A stretch of 64,000 nt of DNA from Octopus sinensis (taxonomy: Eukaryota): assembly GCF_006345805.1 (NCBI RefSeq), contig NC_043004.1:28954001-29018000 (forward strand). Direction: 5' to 3'. Below, piece after piece: positions 10,860 through 25,699 of the stretch. The position numbers and the translations under genes are program-made. Every line of letters begins with the position of its first letter. The stretch's first letter is position 1. The notes beneath the pieces were generated by a model, which was not told the origin of the DNA, searched no databases, and saw only the letters and a program-made list of their open reading frames with translations.

Positions 10860-11269
10860 GTGTTGTGTGTGTGTGTGTATGTGTGTGTGTATGTATATAT
10901 ATACACATACATATATTTATATATATTTATATATAAGTAGACATATATAAGCATGACTACACACATGTACGGACACCCACGCTCTCTCACTTCCTCACTC
11001 TCTCTCTCCCTAACACACACATGAATTGTATTGTCTTATCATATTATAGTACATATATCATCACAATTTTTATTCAGTAATAACACAACGGCCATACGAA
11101 CGTGAAACTCTAAGGAACAGATTTTGAAGATTTTGCAGATTTTGGAAGCTTATTATTCGACCTTCGGTATTCGAGTACTAATCTTTCCATATTGTTTTTT
11201 ATTCATGTGCTTACATGCGTTCATGTATGTATGTATGTATGTATGTATGTATGTATGTGTATAATGTAT

Positions 11270-11311
<42 letters not shown>

Positions 11312-11312
11312 C

Positions 11313-11347
<35 letters not shown>

Positions 11348-11372
11348 ATATTTATATAATATACTATGTATA

Positions 11373-12625
11373 TAGGGTGTACCAAACTCCATGCATACAT
11401 TGAATGATTATAAAGTGTCTTTATTAAAATACGTTTAATTTTTCCAAATTTAATAGAATCTATAAACAGAATTTTATTATCTTTTTATGCAATTCTGTTT
11501 TAAAACTGATAACCGTTCTGGTCTTCTGAACTAGGCATTGAGAATAACGCAAAGCAATGGAATCGCAAACCTCAAGAAACATTTTGTTCAGTATATGTGC
11601 AAATTTTGTTCAATGATTGCCCTCAATTCGTTGGCTGTTGTTGTTTTTGTATAGTAAACTCTATCTTTGAAGTAGCTCTGTAAGAATAAAAAAAATATTT
11701 ACTGATGTGAGGATCTGGTGCACATGGAAGTTATTTCCCTGAGCCTTTCCGTGCAATCCACTTGATTGGCAAAATCTTCTCAAGATAGGCCGTTACATTC
11801 TACGGGAGTATCGAGTTACTTCTGTAGCTGGAAATGAAACTCCAAACTTTCAAAGCCCCTTCAAATGCTTTGCATGACAGATTGCTGCAGCAAGTTCAAG
11901 CAATCGGGATCAGTACCAGTACCATCAAAAAAGAATGATACATTTAACCCTTCTGATAGCAAACCGCTCCATACGTTAGCTCCTGGTAAATTAACAAGAT
12001 GTTCATCCGTTATATGTGGTTTCTCAGGTTCTCAGTAAGTGCAATTTTGGTGATTAATTGAACCATTTAATGTAACCTTATCACTCTAAACAATTTTTCT
12101 TGAGAAGTGTGCATCTTCTACACATCTTGCCACGTACCACTCTCAAAACTCCACATTTCGGTCCGGATCATCTGCATTGAGCGCATGGACTATTCTTGGA
12201 ATACAACTCTTCGACAGACAGTGCTTCAAAATGTGTTAGGCTCTTGATTTTGAAATTCTTGTTTCACAATTTACTTGCCGTAAATATTTTTTTAACTCTG
12301 GACATACGTTTCTGGAACCTTTCTTGTTTTGTGAGGCTCGCCTTCTGGAACGGGTTTTATGGACATTCTGAGCCCCTTCATCTGATTCAAGCTTATCTCT
12401 AGTGCGTATGATGGTAAATCGCAAGGATGGATCTGTTTGAAACTCTTTCCTGGAGTGTCTTTGTTCTTCGATAGCGTTTTCAAACTTCCAGTAGCAATTT
12501 ACGATAAATTTTCTTAGTTCACAGCTTAGTCTTCATTATTTCATCTAGGTTAAATTTAAAAAGATTAAAAAAAGTGAATTGAGTTATCAGCTGTTAAAAA
12601 AATACACACTTTTTGGACACCCAGT
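11373..12625 (-). mobile_element. Tc1/mariner transposon relic (degenerate transposase)
   Basis: Minus-strand pieces [46 protein letters not shown] and YFKDRVYYTK..ELRAII match the DDE_3-type transposase. Degenerate TIRs TATAGGGTGTACCAAA and (reverse complement of) TTTTGGACACCCAG. Many stops and frameshifts. Confidence 0.85.
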
Positions 12626-13587
12626 GTGTGTGTGTGTACACGCTGTCACACACATACACAATGATAGAACTCATTTCTCAATAATATGTCCGTTTTGAAT
12701 TTATATCCTAATCCAGTCTGCTATTGAAATAATATCCTGCTGATATAGAGTAGAATTGGTTGTGTGGATAACACATAACAAACCTTCGCGTGAGTAATTG
12801 TCATGTGTTAAAATCTACTCCGGTTTTTCTGCTTTTTGAGTGGGACAAAATATTTTTTCATTGTCGCAGTTCACCTAACTGCCGGGAATAACAAGTCATG
12901 TGGGAATGTTAACGACAATGAAGTGGTGTATACTATCCCGGCGAGATTTAGTTCTTTTGTCAAGAAACTAGACCAGTGTTTCTAAAGGTTGGAAGTGCGT
13001 TCCACTATGGATCGTAATATTTTGGTGGAACGATTGACTTTCGAATGATGTGAATAAAACTTACAATAAAGTTTTGTATAAAACTTCTTTTGCTATATAC
13101 CGTGTCCATTCATGGTGGGGCGCATGTTTTTAGGGGAGAAATCGAAGTGGAATCGAGGTAAAAAAAAGACTAAGAAACACTATAGTAGCGTTATGCATTG
13201 GCTCCTCGAGCAATAGAAGACATATATTGTGCATAAATATTTTTTTAACTCTCGAAGAAACAATGGTGAATTGACAAAAATGAAAGCAAATTACGAAAGT
13301 ATTACGAAGATTAATTATGAAATTTTTACAAAATTAAGAGAAACTAGTATAAATAGATTTGTGCGTAATGTAAATCGAAAAGAGATGGGAGTTACAGTAG
13401 TGCATTCACGTTTCAAATAGAACTTTAAATGAACGAAGTAATGTTTCAAACTTTCGAGGGTGAAATTTGGTGTGTTCGTTTTCATCACCTGCATTACTTC
13501 GGTACAGTTAAAACGCATAAGCTCAAGTCATCTTCATAGTTTCCGTCTACAAAATTTACTCGTTATTCTAAACCCTAGATATATGAG

Positions 13588-13922
13588 CTCTTTTACTCTT
13601 TTACTTGTTTCAGTCATGTGACTGTGGCCATGCTGGAGCACTGCCTTTAGTCGAGCAAATGGACCCCAGGACTTATTTTTTGTAAGCCTAATACTTATTT
13701 TATCGGTTTCTTTTGCCGAACCGCTAAGTTACGGCGACGTAAACACACCACCTTCGGTTGTCAAGCGATGTTGGGGGGACAAACACAGACACACAAACAT
13801 ATACACACACACATATATATATACGACGGGCTATAGTAGAAGACACTTGCCCAAGGTGCCACATAGTGGGACTGAACCCGGAACCATGTGGTTCATAAGC
13901 AAGTTATTTACCACACAGCCAC
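13588..13922 (-). mobile_element. SINE family B, near complete with an internal deletion
   Basis: Tail CTCTTTTACTCTTTTACTTGTTTCAGTCA.. through head ..TTACCACACAGCCAC. Confidence 0.9.
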
Positions 13923-14331
13923 TATGTAAGTTTTTTAATATCCAGCGCATGGTTTCTGTTCCTTGTTCCACTTTAGCGACAATGACATGTCTTACGAAAA
14001 GGAATACCGTGTGGAGATTTTAGACAGTTGCTGGTGGTGTGTGTGCTTGATTTATTCTACACATTGCCACAGCATGATTCATATTTTCTCTCGCAAAATA
14101 AAGGCTTATCCTTATCTTTCTTGTTGATCATATACATTTAGTGGCTCGCTCCTGTTTTTTGGATAAATAAGGTGTTTACTTCGCGTATTTACAAATGGCA
14201 ATAATGCCTTTCAAAACAAAAGAATATATAAAACTGGTTAAAACACAAGTTAAATACATTCAGGTATGATTGTCATTCTTTCCCCCGAAATCTTTATTCG
14301 GCTGCTCCGTTTGTCTTTTCTTTCTACGCAG

Positions 14332-14453
14332 TGCTTCTAATTTGTGTCTGTGTGTTCGTTGCAGTATTAGGCTTAACCTCTGTTAGCTACTTAGTTGCCA
14401 TCGTCGTATCAAATGCCTGGCGTCAAGACAAGACCATGAGGCGATGTGGGCGT
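14332..14453 (+). CDS. Candidate internal exon, hydrophobic (membrane-protein-like), unidentified
   Basis: Acceptor TTTGTCTTTTCTTTCTACGCAG, donor CGT|GTGAGT, one open frame xLLICVCVFVAVLGLTSVSYLVAIVVSNAWRQDKTMRRCGR. An alternative in-frame acceptor would start the exon at 14365. No homolog recognised. Confidence 0.3.
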
Positions 14454-15659
14454 GTGAGTTAAAGTAAATCTCCGCCTACAATTACTTTTAAATACTTATT
14501 GCCTGCCTCTTTGCCGTCACTCACTGTCAAATTACAAATCCTCCTTTGATCCACACCCTTTTCGTCTTTCGAAACCTAACGTAAACAAAGAAAATATTAA
14601 AATATTAAGTGATCACTTATAAACACTAATAAGTCTTCCTCGCATTCCTCTGTAATGTTACTGTTTTAATAACTTACTTGCCTTCTAATATTCGGGTTCA
14701 CTCTAACCTGCTTCATAAATAAATTGAGCATAGATATGCTCAATTTAAACTGTTATTCATTTAGTTTGGTGTAATGATGATTATTTAAGCTGTTATTCAT
14801 AGAGATAAGCATCATGATATTGAATAAACTATCATTATTACTCAATCTTTTAAATGTACGTGTCCTCTATAGTAATTTCCTTTGCATTAATCCATTTTTT
14901 GTTATAAATTTTCCCAGTCATTGATAATAGAAATAATTTCAGAACAACTGCTCTGCAAAAAAGAAAAGTAAATTATCTTTGTACATGATTGATATTTTAT
15001 TCATCGACCTCAGAAGAAAATGAGTATACACGGAACGTAAAGAGTTTAGCAAGTCATTTTGTCTCAGAAATGTCTAAAATAATTATACTACCAGCCCCAT
15101 TAAAACTTCTATATATAGCACCTGAAGTATATATTAAGTATTATATATATTATCACCGTATGATTTCGTAGTATCTCAAAAAATGTCTTTATAGTTGAAT
15201 CACTATTTTAACTATTCAGCTCATGGTTTCATTCATGCTATCCAATTCTTTCTTTCTTTCTTTCTTCTTTCTTCCTCTCTCTCTCTCCCTCTCTCTCTCT
15301 ATCCCTCTATCTATCTATCTATCTATCTATTTATGTCTGTGTATTTGTGAGTATATATGTATATGTATATGAATATTTATATGTGTGTGTGTGTGCGCGC
15401 GCACACTCTCTCTCTTTCTCTTTCTCTCTCTCTCACTCACACACACAAACACATATTCACGAACAAATATATATGCAGGCACTCGTACGTTTATACATAC
15501 AATATATACAAATACATGCGTCATGAAGAGAGGGGTGACAGAAAATAAGGACAAATTAAATTGACGTCAAATACGCGCGTGCACAGACATACTTTACGGA
15601 CAAATTGTGAACTGCTGCTACTGTAACTTTGTAGTTATAAATCATCGTCAACATCATCA

Positions 15660-15747
15660 TATCTTCTTCTTCTTCTTCTTCTTCTTCTTCTTCTTCTTCT
15701 TCTTCTTCTTCTTCTTCTTCTTCTTCTTCTTCTTCTTCTTCTTCTTC
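15660..15747. repeat. (CTT)n trinucleotide microsatellite
   Basis: Pure tract of roughly 29 units. Confidence 0.95.
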
Positions 15748-15953
15748 GTTGGCAGAATCGTTAACGCGTCGGACAAAATGCTTAATGTTATTTCCTCAGG
15801 TTCTTCACTTTCTGAGTTCAAATTTGCCGAGGTCGACTTCGCCTTTCATCCTTTTGGGGTAGATAAAATAAGTACCAGTTGAACATTAGCGTCAATGCAA
15901 TCGACTTATCCACATCCCTCAAAATTGCTGGCCTGGTGCCAAAATTTGAAACC
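15747..15953 (+). mobile_element. SINE family A (tRNA-derived) with tail type 1
   Basis: TGGCAGAATCGTTA..GAGTTCAAATT..GACTTCGCCTTTCATCCTTTTGGGG..AAAATAAGTACCAG..GGCCTGGTGCCAAAATTTGAAACC. Confidence 0.85.
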
Positions 15954-17164
15954 CTTGTTTTCATCTTCACCACCACTACCACCACCACCACCACCACCAC
16001 CACCACCACCACTACCACCACCACCGCGCCGCCGCCGCCGCCACCACCACCACCATTATCATCGTAAAAGATGTCAATACCCCAGTCACCTAAAATGGTT
16101 TATTAAAGTTGTTTCTAATTACACCTTCATAAAGTTGGTACTGTATTTTAAACTGAGGTCAACTCAAGTAGGCTTATGATGAAAGGCATCCCAGTCGTAA
16201 CCACTCTGTTTTAAGCTTACATTTTGGACTACGTTGTCCAATGTGTCCTGTATTTAATATTGCAGAGTGCGATTTGAGGAAGATTTGGTTGTTATTTCTA
16301 GCAGGTTAAGCAACCATGTCGGAGAGTAAAAAGCAGTTATATGAATCAATCCAATTATGTTTAATCAAAATACTCTAATGCTATACATACTGACACATGT
16401 CTAATAAATACAAGTTTTGTATTAGTGTAAGCTTTGTTATTAAATGAAACTAATTTTTGATGAAACCGATTATTCAACTACTTTACCATTAAGACCATCC
16501 ACCATTTCCTATTTTAGTTCATCAACACCAGAACCAATATTAACTTAAAACGGATGTAATAAACAAACATTTACAACTACATGTTTAGATTATATAAGTT
16601 AGTGTATGTGTGTATCATAAGTGTTTATTTACATGTGTATGTGTGCATGCGGGTGTGAGTGTATGTAAATGGGCATGTAGGTGCTCGAGAAACATGATTT
16701 GCCTTCTTTTATTTCACGAATCTATTTCCCGCTGAAGAAGGTGGTGCACCGACATGGACATGGGACTTGTTGGCCAAAGTAAAGTGAAGTGCTTTGATAA
16801 CTTACCTTGCCAATGTATGTATGTATGTATGTATGTATGTATGTATGTATGTATGTATGTATGTATGTATGTGTGTAAGTATGTATGTAAGTATGTATGT
16901 ACAAGCATATATACATAATACATACACACACACATATATATATATACATATACATATATATATTATATATATATATATATATACATAAGTATATATGTAT
17001 ATGTATGCATGTATGTATTATGTATATACGCATATATAGGTGTGTGTGTGTATGTGAGTTATATATATATATACATAGACACATATATATACTTACATAC
17101 ATATACACATACATACATATACATACATACATACATACTACATATATACTACATACATACATAC

Positions 17165-17261
<97 letters not shown>

Positions 17262-19793
17262 TGTGACATTTCAAAGTATCATTAACTGTAACATCAAATT
17301 ATATACTGAACTGAAATGTTGGAAACTAAACTAAAGAACATATAAGTGAAGTTCTGCATTTATTGCTTATAAAGTTCTGAAATTAAACACCAGAATAAAT
17401 GCGAAGGAAGGACATATGTTAGATGACATTGATACTTCTGCATTTACTAATTCCTGCAATAGTTGACTGCTTTTAATAACATTAACAGCAATTATACCTA
17501 TTCTATTGCTTCGTGACATTTTAACACTCAATCGAAATTTTAAGGTTATTTGTACGAGTGTGTGTATGTACGTGTGCGTTTGTGTGTGTGTTTGTGTGTG
17601 CGTGCGTGTGTATGCATGTATGAATGTGCGTTCGTAGGTTTTATGTACAAATGTACGTATCTATGTTTGTCAACGAATGTTTATATATATGTGCGTGTGT
17701 GTATGCGCGCGCGTGTATTTAGTAGGTATGTATGTATACATGTACGCATACACACACACACTCATATATATATGTATGCATATGCCTATATATGCATGTA
17801 TTCTGGATATGTGATTAAAATATATTTTTAGGTCTATTTTAAATTTTCATGGGTTTACATTTGCTATTGGTGTCTCGTTTGCATTGTTTCTCTTAATCTC
17901 TAATATAGCATCACAAGCTTCAGTGACTAATTTGGAAATTATCATTATCGAAATTACTATCATTCATGTAAGTTGATGTAGTTTACTTATAAGTTCTACT
18001 TGTTGCTGCCAGAATACATTTTAACTCTATTTCGTTTTACAGATTAAAATTCTTTGAGTGCTTATTACTCAATTACTTACTCTTGTCAGTTTACTGTGAC
18101 GACCTTCAGCAGTTGTACGCTTCTAAATAACTGGGTCACTAGAAATTATTATCTTCTCTCATTCTCGCTTATTCATATCTTTTTTTTTATGCCTAGTTTC
18201 CTGTCAACATAATTTCGCTTTCTATTTTTTTTAAAACTTTTTTTTATTGTATTTGTTTCCTACTGAATACTATTCTGTCTGTTCTCGAATAGTTTTGAAG
18301 GAAACAAGTTTATCCTTTCTAGGGATAAATATAGCTGCTTTCTAGAAACAAAATAAAGTACTGACCTGACCTCAGTTATATTATAAAAACAACAAACCTT
18401 TGTGTATACTTATACATGTATTGATTTCTTCTCTAATGCTATCTTTATATTTAAAATAAGCAATTTTATTCTACGGTGTAGAAAGTGTATTTCCGTTAAA
18501 CTGCTCAAATAAAGTAGGAATATATGCAATGAGCAGGACTAAATATTTTACTTTATTAAACCGTTTAAGTGATTAGATTTCAAATCCTGCGAGTACTGAT
18601 TTTACCTGCCTTCCCTTCGAAGTTCCATAAAATAAATTCATGTAAAATTTGTGTTCCATTGCCTTCAGATCATTCCTAACATAATGTTAGGAATTATCTG
18701 TGGTATAGTAATAAAATATCTGCAAATGCATATATAACAACGATTTGATTTTCTGTTGGAATGGCTTCACTTACAGCGTTTATAAGGAAGGCAATTAACT
18801 TCAATTTTTCGTTTTATTCCGCCACAAGTAAAGACATCCGTGCCTAATTATTCAAATCCTCAGATTCAATTAGCGTGTAATAAAGTAGGAGTAAATACAT
18901 ATCCTGCTGAAGAAGTTATGTTGTCTCTCTGAGGCTGAATTCACTTATCTCAAGATCAGTATCTTATTACAAAGTTATTATTTGATAAGAATACTACATT
19001 CAAATGTGAATAGAACAGGCTATTAAATTAATTAGAATTCTCGTTTCAAGCTGTCTTATGAGTTATTTGAGATGGGAAACATAACTTACTATTAAAGAAA
19101 AAAAAAAAAAGATCAAGGTGTATTATACCAATCTGTTAAACATTTGTCTTTAGAACTTTAAATAAAGAAGTATGCAAAAGAGATGTCTTCGAATCGAAAT
19201 ACATCCCCATTTATTTACATGAAGTTTTGGAGTTTGGGAAAAAGGTGGAAAAATAAGAATCGAAGAAATTGATTAACTACAGAAAGAAAATGTCAATGAA
19301 ATTAAAATAAAGTGGTTATTAAATATAAATACAGTTTATTCTCTAAAATTTTCTGTTGCACCACACACACACACAAACACTCACGCAAATAACTTACTGT
19401 GAATAAAACCAAATTAATAAGTTAAAAAAATGTATTGTAAATGCACAAACGAAAAATAGACAGAGAATGGCAACTTAATAAACATATATTAAATGCACAG
19501 ACGGACGGAAAACAGACATAGAAGGTCTCCAATTTAACGATAATATTGGTTCCCAGCTAGTGGCACTTGCAAGCGCTGCAGGTAACATGGGACCGAAAAC
19601 AGGCAAACAATACATGGATAACAAGCGATACAGAAGGCTTCGTCCGTCCATTAACGGACTTGTCTTGAATACATTCCCCCCTCTCTCTCTCACACATTGT
19701 ATACATACATACATACATACATACATACATACATACATACATACATACATACATAAACACATGTCATTAAGCGTTCAATAGTACTATTTCCCA

Positions 19794-19979
19794 GACGTCG
19801 AGCTGGCAGAATCGTTAGCACGCTGAGCAAAATGCTTAGCGGCACTTCGTCCGTATTTACGTTTTAATTTCAAATTCCGTTGCGGTCGATAAAATAAGTC
19901 CCAATTGAGCACTTGTGTCGATGTAATCGACTTACCCCCACCCCCACTGAAATTTCTGGCAAAATCTGAAACCAATATC
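19794..19979 (+). mobile_element. SINE family A, tail type 1, internally deleted
   Basis: Same head and tail as 15747-15953. Confidence 0.85.
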
Positions 19980-21329
19980 ATTTACCTTGCACTGTTGTAC
20001 AATGATTATACGATTGTTTATACTCTGAGGGGAAAAAAACCGCAAGTTTAGTCACATTTGCCTCTATGTAAAGACTTGACTTGCTAGAAATAATTGTCAT
20101 CCATTGGTCATATTCAACTACCTTGAAAAACGAAGGAGTATATTGAACAACGTCGTCATAAATATATAAAGAAAAGAATGGAATATTTTTAGGTGGAAAG
20201 TCTTTGATCATAGAACTTCTTCATCAAGTATGACCTTGCCTTAAGAGTGGTAACAATCACAAGAGCAGCAACAGCGGTACGAACGCAACAATTTTACAGA
20301 AATTGCGTAACAAATGTACCCGGTAAGAACATTAAGTGATTTAGTAAAAGGCATGAAATCTTTATACTTTTAAAGATTGGAAGGGAAACACTGAAAAAAA
20401 TCGTGCTTTTCTAACGTCATTATAAATAATAATGAAACAAAATTGCTTCAGTGACAAAGCGACACAGAATTGGTTATGTTCGACTAATATTTTGCTCTGC
20501 TAGAGATGATAAATAATTGAATAATATACTGGTCTTGCTGTGCTTAGCCAAGTAGATTATTTATTAAAACAACTTCTACCATGCAATAATTCTTGCTTAG
20601 TATTATATAATTTCGAAGGAAAGTAAAATATTTTAATTTGAAATTTTCAAATACTGTAACAGCTGACCTATCCCTCATACCATTGGGAGTACAGGTTCAT
20701 TTAATTATCCTTTACAATTTAAGGCTAACTGTAGTTTCTTGCTTTTAGACGGAAATATATTCGTAACATTGAAACTCATTATATAAGGAATGCAATTATT
20801 TCAAATTTAGTATTTCGTCGTACGAACATAGTTAATTTAACTTTCTTTCATATGTTTTCATAAACATATGAAAGAAATCCTCATGGACATGTACGCATAA
20901 ACACACGCACACACGCCTACACATGCGCGCTCGCACACACACACACACACACACACACAGAGGAAAACTAATAGATGCGGAATAAAGATGGCACTATGTT
21001 TATAAATCGGAGGTGACGACGTTCAAGAACAAAGGCAGGTTCAAAATGATGACAACATAAAAAAAAAGATGGAAGAGGTCCTGTGAAACCTTTTATACAA
21101 ATCATTTTAAAGTATTAGTGATGTTCGATCTTCCGTCGTCACAAGTGTTGGAAGAAGTGCCACTCATTTTGACTAGTGAAAAGAATGCTTCAATGCTGAT
21201 GACTAGAGTTAAAGCTACAGGAAAAGAAAGTAAAACAACGGAAATGCTAATGAGTGGAGGAGAGCGGCTATGTAGAGATATATGAGAACATGTCTGTAGA
21301 GTTTATCTTGAACCTGCAATACGATTCAC

Positions 21330-23865
21330 TACCCAGTAGCACTGCCAGGTTAAAGATTTCTGAAGATTATCCATAGGCCCAGGCCCAAAGTCATCCGGAT
21401 CAGATCACCAGTTGATTCTTGTCCACGCTCTGAGTCTCGTCCTGAACGTCTTGCACTTCCCTCTATAGACTGCCTTGGGGGCAATTCCGCTCACCGTACG
21501 ACCCTACCGATATAGGGCTGTGAGCGTTTGACTACATTCCAGATGCCAAGCGCTCAGTTTTGGTATTTGCTTGATCCAGGACTACAACTCGGTCAAAGAG
21601 GTGAGCTGTAGAAAAGTGAGTCTAACAAGCCTCAAATTGTGCAGGTCTTTACCTCAATGAGGCCAAAACTGAATACATAAACAAGTGCCTGTCCAACAGT
21701 GATTGCATCATCCATACTCTCAACAATGCGCCCTTAAATATGGTTTCTGATTATAAATATCTTGGGTCATACATATCATCATCTGGAAAAGACTTTCTAA
21801 CTAGAAAGGGTATGGCCTGGTCAGCCTGTAATGACATGCATAAGATCTGGTTATCAAATCTAAGTAGAAACTTCAAACTTGAAATCTTCAAAGCCACAGT
21901 TGAACCAATTCTACTATATGGCTCAGAAACCTAGACGTTATCAAAGAAGCTTGAGAGGCGGTTGGATGGAACCTACACTCGCCTCCTTATGAGAGCTCAA
22001 AATCTCTCGTGGAAGCGCCATCCAACCAAAATGCAAATATATGGGAAACTACCACCTGTGTCATCTCTTGTGAAAGGTAGGAGAGTCCAGTTTGCTGGAC
22101 ATTGTTGTAGAGCTGAAAAAGAAGTAATTTCTACTCTTCTCCTCTGGAAGCCATCTACTCGCAATACCAGAGGGCGCACACTCTCCTACCCTGATGTAAT
22201 CTCCAGGTATACAGGCATCCAGCAACAGGACCTCCGTAATGCCATGATGGACCGTGAAGTCTGGCGTAGCATGGTAAATTCCATTGTCTCGACCACGGTC
22301 GAACAATGATGATTGATGATGATGAGTCTAACAAACAGCAACCACACTTGGTCACTGTCATGGAAATACTGGAGATGTCACTACTTGAGCACGACATCAA
22401 CCACGACATGCTCACGTCAGCGTTGATAACAAACGGAACACTTGGCCAGTGAAACGCATGCCTTCCACCGAAAGCGGAAGGGCAGGTGCTCCAGTCCTGT
22501 TAGATATGGACTGGGACAAAGGTGATATGACGGAGGCGATGTATGCACTCGTTATCAATGCCTTTGATAGACAGCTTTCCTTCGACCAATTTCTGCCAGT
22601 TACCTCCCATCATTTATTCTCTGCTTAGCTATCTAGAGCAAACCAGACCCAGAGCAATATAATCAGTCCGTCCGTTCAGCGTCCCACCACACTATTGGAC
22701 AGTATGGATTTGTCTATCCAGGTACTGAGAAGCAGGCCCACTAATCTTTCTTAGTTGATTTTTGCTACAGTTACTACCTCGGTTTCTCTTAAAGTAGTGC
22801 TGATCTCATATATTCCTGGTGTCCGACACTATGACAATGACGGTGTCCATGTATGCTAAAATCTTGTGGGATGTTCCCCAACATCTCCAGTATCCGCAAC
22901 AGCGGCTCAGAATTAGTGCCTAGAGAAGAGACGAAAGGGGAGATACCTGACAGATTGAGATTATGTCACTGAATGGTTCCGATCGGTGATCATCAACCCG
23001 AACCACCGAGCACATGCAGTTGTACATTGCGCCAATAAAGCCGCAGAATACAGAACAAAAATCGGCTGCCGTGAGAACAACCGCAAGGTGTTAATAGTTG
23101 ATCCGATTGAAAGCTTTAGATTGATCTAAAGCCATCATCGTCCCGCCTATGCCACGTTCTTTACCCACATTCTGTATATGATGTATCGCATGAGACTAAG
23201 GTTGCCGGTGATAGATTTTTTCGGGATGGCATATGTATGCGTATCACCAATCAGATTATCAGCGACAAGCAGCAAACTCTTTGCTAACACCTTGATCAGA
23301 ATTCTTAAAACTGCGTCCAACAGTTATGGGTAGAAAATTGGGATTCTTCCTTACTGCAGCCAGCAGAAGTAAATATCTGTCAATTCCACAAACAAACTTG
23401 GTATATAAATGTAAAGTTCGTATGACAATCCATCCAAATCGGGCGATTTGCCTCTGCCCTCCATATATCCAGTCACCGCAACCCGTCTTTTCGTGTTTGA
23501 TATAGGTTTTTGGCAACACTCCGCCCCTCTTACTCGGTGACGCAGCAGGCCGTTGAGGTAGGCACCGAAATCCATCCTGCGTTCCGACCCGCTATCAGTT
23601 CCGAACAGATGAACAAAATGCTGCTGAAAAGCTGTACATATGTGCTTGAGGTCCAGTAACATACGCCCATTATGATTCCCCAAAGACCGAATTGTGGCTT
23701 TGTTGCCATGTTGCCACTCGAGTTTACTGACCAGTTTTAGTCCCCTCATGTATAATATTACACACCTTAGATCTGACAATGCAATCTTCGTGCATTTGCG
23801 TTGAAGGCGAATCTCACCGCGAGCATATCACCTGCAATTCTAAGTTTCTAACTGAATCTACCTAT
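21330..23865 (-). mobile_element. L1-Tx1 clade LINE ORF2 relic, interrupted by an RTE insertion
   Basis: Minus-strand pieces GKSPDLDGLSYELY, NFLPIT, ALDQSKAFNR, QVSPLS and LEHLPFRFRWK are degenerate RT and post-RT motifs. Collinear with the 31330-32990 copy. Confidence 0.85.
21629..22322 (+). mobile_element. 5'-truncated RTE-group LINE with TSD TGAGTCTAACAA and (GAT)n tail
   Basis: Reads GLYLNEAKTEY..YKYLGSYI..KATVEPILLYGSET*TL..RRVQFAGHC..DREVWR. The TSD is at 21617-21628 and 22323-22334. Only one in-frame stop (21932-21934). Confidence 0.92.
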
Positions 23866-25573
23866 ATTTTATTTTTCTCTATCACTAAAACCTTACTGAA
23901 CTTAATTGATTCTATTCACCTTTTTTAGGACAAAACACCAATGTTTTGTATGTATGTATGTATGTTCTGTATGTATGTATGTATGTACGTATGTATGTAT
24001 GTATGTATGTATGATTGAATGTATGTACGCATATCTATATAATAATCCGCTTGTTTGTTTGTTCGCCCGATATACTTTAGTTAATTAAAGGGGTGGAGGT
24101 GGAGTAAGTGAGAGGTGTGTGTGACAGAGAGAGAGAGAGAGGGGGAGAGACAAACAGAGAGAGAGGTGAGGTGAGGAGTGTGAGTAGAAGAGAAAGAAGT
24201 GATGGAGAAATAGGGTAAGATGTATAATAATACCAAATGCGTCATGTGGTTAGTTGAAAAGAGGCGAAGAGTAGAAAAATAGACAGTGTGAGAAAAGAGG
24301 GAGAGAGAAGTGTTAATGACGCGCTGTAGGGTGGGGAGGGAAAGGTAAAGAGAAAGAGATATGTTTAGGATATAATATTTAGCAGAGGGTAATGTTCTGG
24401 TGGTGAGGTTAAAGAAAGGCAAGTAAAGAGAGATGGACAGGGGAGGCGGTTACATTAAGAGAGAGATACAGAGAAAGATTTAGTGAGAATTGAAGAGAAA
24501 GAGAGAAATGTTAAAGACATGCAGATAGGAATTACATGGTTAAAAAATTTGTTGAGATAGCGAGAATGAGAGGAATATAACGTGCTTAAAATATGATTTA
24601 TTATTGTCACTGGAAGTGAAATATTTAGCAAAATAAAATTAAAAATGTAAATCATCCTTTCTTTCTTAAACAGCTTCTTGTTCTTAAATAGCTTCTCGAA
24701 AATTCCTTTTCGTTCAGTCGAATTTCCACGGGTCCCACTATTATTGCTATAGCGTATAACAATGTTTTGTTTCATAGCTTAAGTGTACTAATGTACTCTA
24801 GAACATATGTATATATGCTATATCCACTTGCTGACGAAGATACCCAGAGTTTTTATCCAAGGAACATATTGTATAAGACGTATCGTTTACAATTGTCGTA
24901 GCATACAGTATTGGCTAGTAAATCGATAGGTATGTCCTACTGTACATTATAGCAATGAATCAAAACATTAACACACCAGTACTGCGTGCAGCTGTGTGCG
25001 CGTGTGTATGTGTATGTGCGCGCGCGCGTGTATGTATGTGTGCGCGCACGTTCTTGCGTACCCGCGCATTAGAGTGTTTGTAAATACATGAGCCATGTAA
25101 ATACATGAGCCATGAGAAAGCTCAAATAGCTCATGACATTGAATAATATGGCCTTGATTTCATTGCATCTCTAGAAAAAGAGGGGATGGTGATGGCTGAA
25201 GTGCCTTTGTCACATATCTGCTGCACATAGGAGCTGATTTGAAGATCAAAAACAATAACAACAACAAGTAATATGTATGTGTTTACACTCGGAGGTGCTT
25301 ATATTTAGCCCTAGTACTTGCTTTCAAAGAGACTTGATCTGGGATCTTTTTAGTCATCAAGGAACACACAAAAACTGACAGGCTTCCTTTTATTTCTTCT
25401 CAGTAGTATTGTTTACTCATATTGTCAATACATTTCGTTGCATATAAGCATACACATACTTTTAGAGGCTCATTATCTTGATAGTACCTTTCTTTTTAAG
25501 CTACAGTATTGCAATAGTTGCTGTCAACACCCGTCTTGAAGAATACATACGCGTGCAACTCATATACACAGAT

Positions 25574-25619
<46 letters not shown>

Positions 25620-25620
25620 T

Positions 25621-25664
<44 letters not shown>

Positions 25665-25665
25665 T

Positions 25666-25699
<34 letters not shown>

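Noticed and set aside
16732-16757. Hammerhead-like CUGAAGA-A-GGUG(GUG)CACC-GAC
   Set aside because: The GAAA half of the core is missing. It may be a decayed remnant but is not supportable.
24831-24870. Hammerhead-like CUGACGA-A-GAUA..UAUC
   Set aside because: No GAAA directly after stem II.
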